NCBI GenBank assembly: GCA_040235515.1
Contig: JBECKX010000216.1
Location: 1 to 12,995 of the forward strand
Length of the DNA: 12,995 nt
Direction: 5' to 3'
DNA from: Candidatus Zixiibacteriota bacterium
GTDB lineage: Bacteria; Zixibacteria; MSB-5A5; CAIYYT01
Shown here: one piece after another, positions 7,087 through 12,995 of the stretch
How positions within the stretch are numbered: the stretch's first letter is position 1
How the letters are laid out: each line of letters begins with the position of its first letter
Notes under the pieces: generated by a model
What the model was told of the DNA's origin: nothing
The model's input: the letters and a program-made list of their open reading frames with translations, nothing else
Databases searched by the model: none
Made by a program: the position numbers and the translations under genes

Positions 7087-7719
7087 ATGCCGGATAAGCT
7101 GAGCCCTGAAGAATCAGAGAACCAGAAGAGCGATTCTCAGGACGAACTACAGCAATCGAATCCTGCGCCGGAGATGGATCAAGAATCCGGTGCGGAGGAG
7201 AGCGCTAATCAACCGGAGTCGATCCCGGCCGAAGAGCTGGAGTCTGCGGGTGGCATCGACGAAGATGTCGAACGGCAGATGCTTGAAGAACTGGCCGAAG
7301 CTGAAGCCAGCGGCCTGCTGAAAGGCGGTGGCCAGGGCGGGCCGGCAAAGTCACTCCAGGCCCTCGGCGATCATGAAGAACTGGCGGACATCGCCGACGA
7401 CCAGCCGACGGTTCAGTCGGTAGAGTTCGATCGCTATGAACGTACTGAAGCACCAGGTCAGCCTCGGAATATCGATCTTCTGCTGGATGTCCGGCTGCCG
7501 GTGGCAATCGAACTGGGTCGAACCGAGATGACAATCCACGATATCCTCGACCTCACCGCCGGCTCGGTGGTTGAACTAACCAAACTCGCCGGTGAACCGG
7601 TCGACCTGTTGGTCAACAACAAAGTGGTCGCGCGGGGCGAAGTCGTGGTGGTCGATGAGAATTTCGGATTGCGTGTAACCAGCCTCGTTTCACCGGAGGA
7701 AAGACTCAAGAGCCTTTAG
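7087..7719 (+). CDS. fliN: Flagellar motor switch protein FliN with a long acidic N-terminal extension
   Basis: C-terminal NIDLLLDVRLPVAIELGRTEMTIHDILDLTAGSVVELTKLAGEPVDLLVNNKVVARGEVVVVDENFGLRVT. SD AGGAG at 7076-7080. No CheC-like domain is visible, so FliN rather than FliY. Confidence 0.95.
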   Translation: MPDKLSPEESENQKSDSQDELQQSNPAPEMDQESGAEESANQPESIPAEELESAGGIDEDVERQMLEELAEAEASGLLKGGGQGGPAKSLQALGDHEELADIADDQPTVQSVEFDRYERTEAPGQPRNIDLLLDVRLPVAIELGRTEMTIHDILDLTAGSVVELTKLAGEPVDLLVNNKVVARGEVVVVDENFGLRVTSLVSPEERLKSL

Positions 7720-7779
7720 GCTTAGCAGATAGTCTACATAATAGAGCTCAGGTAGCTCTGGAACTGAAGAGTTTATGAG

Positions 7780-8256
7780 ATGAATAAACGAATAGGAATC
7801 GTGATTTCGCTTGTGAACGTAATCGGTACCGGCGCGCTGAGAGCACAACAGGAAGAAGTACCGGAAATCGGTGGCGACATCGGTCCCACGCTCCTGCAAC
7901 TGCTCGGCGCACTGCTGCTGATCGTCGCGTTCATATACGTCTCCGTCTGGTTGATGAAACGCTACACCAACGGACGGGTGACCGGTGGTGGTGGAATGGT
8001 CACCATCGTGGAACGCAAACACCTCACCCCCAAGCAAGCACTCTACATCCTGAAGGTTGGCGACGAGCATCTTCTTGTCGGAGCAACCGAGAACGGTATC
8101 AACAAAATCTGCGACGTGAAAATCGAAGCGCCGACGCAGCCACAGGGCACTGCCCGTTCCACCGCGCAGGAATCCAAGTTCAGCCAACTGCTGAACCAGG
8201 CAAAGAACTCGCTGATGCCGCTGATCTCCGCCAGGCATAAAGAGGTCGACGCATGA
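7780..8256 (+). CDS. fliO: Flagellar biosynthesis protein FliO/FliZ
   Basis: TM segment (LLQLLGALLLIVAFIYVSVWLMKR) followed by IVERKHLTPKQALYILKVGDEHLLVGATENGINKI, the FliO domain pattern. Lies between fliN and fliP with an ATGA overlap with fliP. Exact start uncertain. Confidence 0.9.
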   Translation: MNKRIGIVISLVNVIGTGALRAQQEEVPEIGGDIGPTLLQLLGALLLIVAFIYVSVWLMKRYTNGRVTGGGGMVTIVERKHLTPKQALYILKVGDEHLLVGATENGINKICDVKIEAPTQPQGTARSTAQESKFSQLLNQAKNSLMPLISARHKEVDA

Positions 8257-9017
8257 GCCGCCGCACACTGATTATCCTGGCTGTACTCGGATTGGTGCTG
8301 CTGAGTGGCGCAGCCCTCCACGCGCAATCGATACCATCGATCTCGATCAATGTCGGCAATGGGGAGGATAGCGGCAACTTCTCGACGACGCTGCAGATCG
8401 TTCTGCTGATGACCGTGCTGGCGTTGGCGCCATCGATCCTCGTGATGACAACCTCGTTCATCCGAATTGTCATCGTGCTTTCCTTCATGCGACAGGCGCT
8501 TGGGACAAACCAGATGCCACCTTCGCAGCTGATTCTGGGAATCTCACTGGTGATGACGATATTCGTAATGTCACCGGTAGCCGAACAGGTCAATACACAG
8601 GCGCTGCAACCGTATCTCAATGGTGAGATCACGCAGCAGGAAGCGTTCGATATCGGCACCAAACCAATCAGGCATTTCATGCTGAGTCAGACTCGTGAGA
8701 AAGACCTGGCGTTGTTCGTCAGCTTCGCCGGACTCGAAAAGCCGGAGACTCCGGAAGACCTGCCGACTCATGTCGTCGTGCCGGGGTTCATTCTCTCGGA
8801 ACTGCGAACCTCGTTTCAGATGTCGTTTATCATATTCGTGCCGTTCCTGATCATCGATATGGTGGTCGCATCGGTGCTGATGTCAATGGGTATGATGATG
8901 CTGCCGCCCGTATTGGTGGCGCTGCCGTTCAAAATCCTGCTCTTCGTGCTGGTGGATGGCTGGCACCTGATCGTGAAATCGCTGCTGCAATCATTCGCTG
9001 CAGCCGGCGGGGGCTAG
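8253..9017 (+). CDS. fliP: Flagellar export gate protein FliP
   Basis: Signal-peptide-like N-terminus, LLMTVLALAPSILVMTTSFIRIVIVLS, PFLIIDMVVASVLMSMGMMMLPP (Met-rich loop) and LPFKILLFVLVDGW. Confidence 0.98.
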   Translation: MSRRTLIILAVLGLVLLSGAALHAQSIPSISINVGNGEDSGNFSTTLQIVLLMTVLALAPSILVMTTSFIRIVIVLSFMRQALGTNQMPPSQLILGISLVMTIFVMSPVAEQVNTQALQPYLNGEITQQEAFDIGTKPIRHFMLSQTREKDLALFVSFAGLEKPETPEDLPTHVVVPGFILSELRTSFQMSFIIFVPFLIIDMVVASVLMSMGMMMLPPVLVALPFKILLFVLVDGWHLIVKSLLQSFAAAGGG

Positions 9018-9073
9018 GCGGGGGATATGGCAGGGGACTCAAGAAGAAATGAAAGACAGAGGATAGATCAACA

Positions 9074-9343
9074 ATGAGTACACAGTTTGTTCTGGCGTTG
9101 GGGAAGGAAGCAATCATTCTGACCCTCACCGCGGCGGCCCCGATGCTGCTGCTTGGCCTGATCGTCGGTTTCATCATCGCAATCTTCCAGGCGGTCACGC
9201 AGATTCACGAGATGACATTGACCTTCGTTCCAAAGATCATCGCCGTGGGAGTTGCGCTGTTGCTCTTCTTTCCCTGGATCGTGAATCTGCTGGTGGGATT
9301 CACCCAGCGGGTGTTCGAACAGATTCCGAACATGGTCGGATAG
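9074..9343 (+). CDS. fliQ: Flagellar export gate protein FliQ
   Basis: 89 aa with IAIFQAVTQIHEMTLTFVPKI and PW motifs. Confidence 0.97.
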   Translation: MSTQFVLALGKEAIILTLTAAAPMLLLGLIVGFIIAIFQAVTQIHEMTLTFVPKIIAVGVALLLFFPWIVNLLVGFTQRVFEQIPNMVG

Positions 9344-9409
9344 GGGAGGGCGCTCTGTCGCTCTCGTGTAACCCGCTGCCAATCTGCCTCTTAGCTTCAG
9401 CGGAAGATC

Positions 9410-9446
9410 GGGAGTAATTTCACCCCCGGCAGGGAAATATCTTCCC
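9410..9446. promoter_or_regulatory. Candidate enhancer-binding-protein sites (UAS) for the sigma-54 promoter
   Basis: Dyad GGGAA-ATATC-TTCCC (9432-9446) and a weaker dyad GGGAGTAATTTCACCC (9410-9425). Centres are about 21 bp apart, at roughly -110 and -131 from the predicted start site. Confidence 0.45.
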
Positions 9447-9480
9447 AAACCCGATTTCAATCAATCCATCGAAGTTTGCT

Positions 9481-9493
9481 TAACTTGTTGTAA
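9481..9493 (-). promoter_or_regulatory. IHF-like binding site
   Basis: The minus strand reads TTACAACAAGTTA, matching the CAA-N4-TTR core of WATCAANNNNTTR, in an AT-rich patch between the UAS and the promoter. A second near match is AATCAATCCATCG at 9459-9471 on the + strand. Confidence 0.4.
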
Positions 9494-9521
9494 GTAAAAG
9501 GGATAGGCGCTCCGTTTCGAA

Positions 9522-9538
9522 CTGGCACAAAGGTTGCA
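9522..9538 (+). promoter_or_regulatory. Sigma-54 (RpoN) -24/-12 promoter upstream of fliR
   Basis: CTGGCACAAAGGTTGCA versus consensus YTGGCACG-N4-TTGCW (one mismatch). GG at 9524-9525 and GC at 9536-9537 have the exact spacing. Predicted start site near 9549, followed by SD GAGGAG (9555-9560). Confidence 0.85.
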
Positions 9539-9568
9539 ATTACAGTTCTCCGAAGAGGAGAATTGTAG

Positions 9569-10363
9569 TTGGGACACAGTGAATTGATACTTGGATTGAC
9601 ACTCGATAACATCGTCGCCTACCTGCTGACCACATTCCGGGTAGGTGGATTGCTGATCGCCGCTCCCATCTTCGGACAGCGCTCCGTTCCCGCACAGTTG
9701 AAGATCATGCTGGCCCTGGTCCTGGGTTACTTCCTGTTTCCGCTGATCGGCAGCCAGGAACTGGCCATCGACCCCGGCCTTTTCCCGATCGCCCTGGTAG
9801 CGGCGCGCGAGCTGCTTTTCGGCCTGATCATCGGGTTCTTCTTCCAGATCATCTTCATCGCCGTCGAATTCGGCGGTGGCATCCTCGGTTACCAGATCGG
9901 TTTTGCGCTGGTCAACATCGTCGACCCGAGCACTTCCAACAGTGTGCCGATTATCGGACAGTTCAAGCTGATAGTCGCGACACTGATCTTTTTCGGGATC
10001 GACGGACATCATGTGGTCCTGCAGGCACTCTTTGAGTCGTTCAAGTTCGTGCCGCTCGGTCACGTGACGTTCCACGCCGAGATACTCGATCATATCGTCA
10101 CCTTCGCCGGTGCAGTTTTCATCATCGGCGTCAAGATAGCCGCGCCGATTCTTGTCACGCTCTTCATCACTGATGTGTGTCTTGGAATCGTTTCGCGCAC
10201 GATGCCGCAGATGAACATGTTCATCGTCGGCTTCCAGGTAAAGATCGGTGCGGGTCTGCTGATGATCGCGCTCGCGCTGCCATTCTTCCAGTACATGTTC
10301 ACCAAAGTATTCAACCAGATGAGTATCGATGCCTTCGATCTCACCAGAGGCTTCGCGAGTTAG
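9569..10363 (+). CDS. fliR: Flagellar export gate protein FliR
   Basis: TTG start 8 nt after GAGGAG. Hydrophobic 264 aa with RVGGLLIAAPIFG, ELLFGLIIG, GYQIGFALVNIVDP, DGHH and SRTMPQMNMFIVGFQVKI. Confidence 0.97.
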   Translation: MGHSELILGLTLDNIVAYLLTTFRVGGLLIAAPIFGQRSVPAQLKIMLALVLGYFLFPLIGSQELAIDPGLFPIALVAARELLFGLIIGFFFQIIFIAVEFGGGILGYQIGFALVNIVDPSTSNSVPIIGQFKLIVATLIFFGIDGHHVVLQALFESFKFVPLGHVTFHAEILDHIVTFAGAVFIIGVKIAAPILVTLFITDVCLGIVSRTMPQMNMFIVGFQVKIGAGLLMIALALPFFQYMFTKVFNQMSIDAFDLTRGFAS

Positions 10364-10366
10364 GCT

Positions 10367-11443
10367 ATGGCGGAAGAATCCTTCCAGGAAAAAACGGAAC
10401 AACCAACCCCGAAACGGATTCGGGACGCCCGCGAGAAGGGGCAGGTTGCCAAGTCGATGGAAGTCTCCTCGGTGGTGATCATGCTGGCCGGTATCGGCTC
10501 GCTGGTCGTGATGGGATCATACACGACCGGACAGTTGAAGGGCATGTTTTCGTGGCTGTTCCAGAGCAACAGCTACCAGATGATTCAGCCCGAGTCGATC
10601 AGTCATTTCATGAACCAGGTCGGATTCATCTTTGCCAGATCAATCGCGCCGATCGTAATCGTGCTCGTTGTCGCGGCGGCCGGCGTCTCATTCCTGCAGG
10701 TTGGCCCGCTGGTCTCCACGCAGGCGATTGAGCCGAAGGCGGAGAAGCTCGACATCGTGAAGGGGATGAAGCGGCTCTTCAGCCCGCGGGCACTCTTCAC
10801 GGCCGGGCGTGATGTCATCAAACTTGGAATCATCGCAACGATCTGCTGGTTCGCCATCCAGGCCGAAGTGCCGACGATGCTCAGCTTTCCGGACATGGGT
10901 GTGCAGGAGATCGCCGGCTCGATGACCGGAATCGCAATCAAGATATCGCTGAAGATCCTTGCCGCCCTGATAGTCATCGCGGCCCTCGACTACGCCTACC
11001 AGAAGTATGACTACATCAAGGGACTCAAGATGACCAAGCAGGAGCTGAAGGAAGAAATGAAGCATACGGAGGGTAACCCGCAGGTCAAGAGCCGGGTCAG
11101 GTCGATTCAACGCGAGATGTCACGCAAGCGCATGATGGCGGATGTCCCCAAGGCGGATGTCGTCGTCACCAACCCGACTCATATCGCGGTAGCTCTCAAG
11201 TATGACACAGACAAGATGGATGCGCCGATCGTGCTCGCCAAGGGTGAACGACTGATCGCAGAGGCGATTAAGAGGATCGCCGCCGAAGCGGGTGTTCCGA
11301 TAGTCGAGAATAAACCACTCGCCCGTGCACTGTTCAAGACGGTTGAAATCGGCATGCAGATCCCGGCTGATCTCTACAAGGGTGTCGCCGAAGTGCTGGC
11401 ATACGTCTACAGCCTCAAAGATAAAGGCAGGAAGACTAACTGA
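10367..11443 (+). CDS. flhB: Flagellar export substrate-specificity switch protein FlhB
   Basis: EKTEQPTPKRIRDAREKGQVAKS, LKMTKQELKEEMKHTEGNPQVK, autocleavage motif NPTH, ENKPLARALF and AEVLAYVY. Confidence 0.98.
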   Translation: MAEESFQEKTEQPTPKRIRDAREKGQVAKSMEVSSVVIMLAGIGSLVVMGSYTTGQLKGMFSWLFQSNSYQMIQPESISHFMNQVGFIFARSIAPIVIVLVVAAAGVSFLQVGPLVSTQAIEPKAEKLDIVKGMKRLFSPRALFTAGRDVIKLGIIATICWFAIQAEVPTMLSFPDMGVQEIAGSMTGIAIKISLKILAALIVIAALDYAYQKYDYIKGLKMTKQELKEEMKHTEGNPQVKSRVRSIQREMSRKRMMADVPKADVVVTNPTHIAVALKYDTDKMDAPIVLAKGERLIAEAIKRIAAEAGVPIVENKPLARALFKTVEIGMQIPADLYKGVAEVLAYVYSLKDKGRKTN

Positions 11444-12995
11444 TGAACCGCTTCAAGGGACAGACAGACGTATTCCTCGCCATCGCAGTGGTTGGCGTGA
11501 TCGCGGTGCTGATTATTCCGGTACCGCCATCAATGCTCGATCTGTTGCTGGCGGCGAATATCTCACTCTCCCTGATCATTCTGCTGGGGACACTCTACCT
11601 GAAGCGCCCCCTCGATTTCTCGGTGTTTCCCGGACTGCTGCTCGTGATTACCCTCTTCAGGTTGTCACTCAACGTGGCGTCAACGCGGCTGATCCTCGGT
11701 GAGGGTTATGCCGGTGCGGTGATCAACTCCTTCGGCAACTTTGTCGTCAAAGGCAACTACGTCGTAGGTTTCATCATCTTCATCATCCTGGTCGTGATCC
11801 AGTTCGTGGTGATCACGAAGGGTGCGGGACGAATCTCGGAAGTCGCGGCACGCTTCACCCTCGACGCGATGCCCGGTAAACAGATGGCAATCGATGCCGA
11901 TCTGAACGCCGGTCTGATCAGCGAAGATGAGGCGCGCACGCGTCGTCGTGAAATCACCCAGGAAGCGGATTTCTACGGTGCGATGGACGGTGCCTCCAAG
12001 TTCGTACGCGGTGACGCCATCGCCGGTATCCTGATCACCCTCACCAACGTGATCGGCGGATTGGTTATCGGTATGGCGCAGCAGGGAATGCCGATCGGCG
12101 AGGCCCTGCGCACCTATACACTCCTTTCGGTGGGTGATGGTCTGGTTACCCAGATCCCGGCGCTGATCGTTGCCACCTCCGCAGGTATTCTCGTAACCCG
12201 CGCCGCAGGCGAGTCGAATCTCGGCGATGAAATCACCAAGCAGATGACGCTGCAGCCGAAGGCGCTGGCGATTGCCGCCGGGCTCGTGTTCCTCCTGGGG
12301 ATCGTACCCGGATTGCCCTTCATTCCGTTCTCGGTATTCAGCGTGGTGGTGGGTGTTGCAGCGGTACTGACCATGCAGGCGGCAAAGCGGCGGGAGGAAG
12401 AAGCTCGGCAGAAGCAAGTCACTCTCAAGCCGAAAGAAGAAAAGACACCGACGCAACAAGCCGAGGAAGCACTCCACCTCGATACACTCGAAGTCGAGAT
12501 CGGTTATGGGCTGATCCCGCTGGTTGATGTCGAACAGGGGGGCGACCTGCTCGAGCGAATTGCGACGATGCGCAAACAGCTCGCTCAGGATCTCGGAATC
12601 GTCGTGCCGCCGGTGCGCATCCGCGACAATATGCAACTCAAGCCCAACCTCTATGAAGTCAAGCTGAAGGGGATCTCCATCGCTGAGTATGAGCTGATGG
12701 TCGATCACTTCCTCGCCATCGATCCGGGGCACATCGAAGACGACATCGAGGGCTTCAAAACACAGGAACCCGCCTTCGGCATGCGTGCCAAGTGGATCAT
12801 CCAAAACTACAAAGAACTCGCCGAGATGAAAGGCTACACCGTGGTCGAGCCGGCTGCGGTGATGGCGACTCACCTCACCGAGGTGATCAAGAATCACGCC
12901 GCCGAACTCTTTACGCGCCAGGATGTCAAGAACCTGGTAGAGCGTGTGCGCATGGAAGCGCCGGCAGCGGTTGAAGATGTGGTCGGTGAGGTCGT
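11443..12995 (+). CDS. flhA: Flagellar export apparatus protein FlhA; 3'-truncated by the window
   Basis: Not in the ORF track because there is no stop in the window. ATG 11443 overlaps the flhB stop (TGATG). Manual translation: MNRFKGQTDVFLAIAVVGVIAVLIIPVP...DFSVFPGLLLVITLFRLSLNVASTRLIL...ITKGAGRISEVAARFTLDAMPGKQMAIDADLNAG...DFYGAMDGASKFVRGDA...EIGYGLIPLVD. Confidence 0.98.
   Translation, partial: MNRFKGQTDVFLAIAVVGVIAVLIIPVPPSMLDLLLAANISLSLIILLGTLYLKRPLDFSVFPGLLLVITLFRLSLNVASTRLILGEGYAGAVINSFGNFVVKGNYVVGFIIFIILVVIQFVVITKGAGRISEVAARFTLDAMPGKQMAIDADLNAGLISEDEARTRRREITQEADFYGAMDGASKFVRGDAIAGILITLTNVIGGLVIGMAQQGMPIGEALRTYTLLSVGDGLVTQIPALIVATSAGILVTRAAGESNLGDEITKQMTLQPKALAIAAGLVFLLGIVPGLPFIPFSVFSVVVGVAAVLTMQAAKRREEEARQKQVTLKPKEEKTPTQQAEEALHLDTLEVEIGYGLIPLVDVEQGGDLLERIATMRKQLAQDLGIVVPPVRIRDNMQLKPNLYEVKLKGISIAEYELMVDHFLAIDPGHIEDDIEGFKTQEPAFGMRAKWIIQNYKELAEMKGYTVVEPAAVMATHLTEVIKNHAAELFTRQDVKNLVERVRMEAPAAVEDVVGEV

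Noticed and set aside
7087..7719. Calling this gene fliY
   Set aside because: It is too short, and no CheC-like ExxN phosphatase motifs are visible.
7737..7760. CATAAT -10-like hexamer and AGAGCT/AGCTCT hairpin between fliN and fliO
   Set aside because: No convincing -35 box, and the 6-bp stem lacks a U-tract; too weak to call a promoter or terminator.
9344..9480. c-di-GMP riboswitch in the fliQ-fliR spacer
   Set aside because: I could not see the class I (GCAAACC...GAAA...GGGACGCAAAGC) or class II core. The region also lies upstream of the predicted sigma-54 start site. A cmscan would settle it.
9461..10402. 313-aa minus-strand ORF, plus similar ones at 6080-6718, 3975-4568 and 7690-8268
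   Set aside because: They are antisense to well-supported flagellar genes and show no recognisable motifs.
11680..12897. 405-aa minus-strand ORF
   Set aside because: It is the antisense shadow of flhA, which occupies the + strand with unmistakable motifs; such open antisense frames are common in GC-rich coding DNA.

Overview
The window is a contiguous + strand segment of a bacterial flagellar gene cluster. The order is: 3' end of a MotE/FlbB/YlxF-like gene, fliK, flgD, small 'flagellar operon protein' (TIGR02530-like), flgE, flbD/swrD, fliL, fliM, fliN, fliO, fliP, fliQ, a 225-bp spacer, fliR, flhB and the 5' part of flhA (missed by the ORF track). This order resembles the fla operons of spirochetes, Firmicutes and several diderm lineages, but motA/motB are absent between flbD and fliL. 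The gene content is ordinary; the interesting signals are in the spacers. (1) Between the uncharacterised flagellar operon protein and flgE is a compact RNA element with two mutually exclusive folds, one of which hides the flgE Shine-Dalgarno through a perfect 8-bp anti-SD. This is a candidate protein-plus-RNA post-transcriptional switch for hook synthesis. (2) The fliM-fliN spacer carries three tandem 14-nt repeats and several GGA/hairpin motifs resembling CsrA sites. (3) A near-consensus sigma-54 promoter with IHF-like and enhancer-like sites lies upstream of fliR-flhB-flhA. (4) Several mini-ORFs bridge intergenic gaps. (5) fliR and flhB are in frame, separated only by TAG-GCT. All family assignments come from motif recognition by eye; no searches were run.
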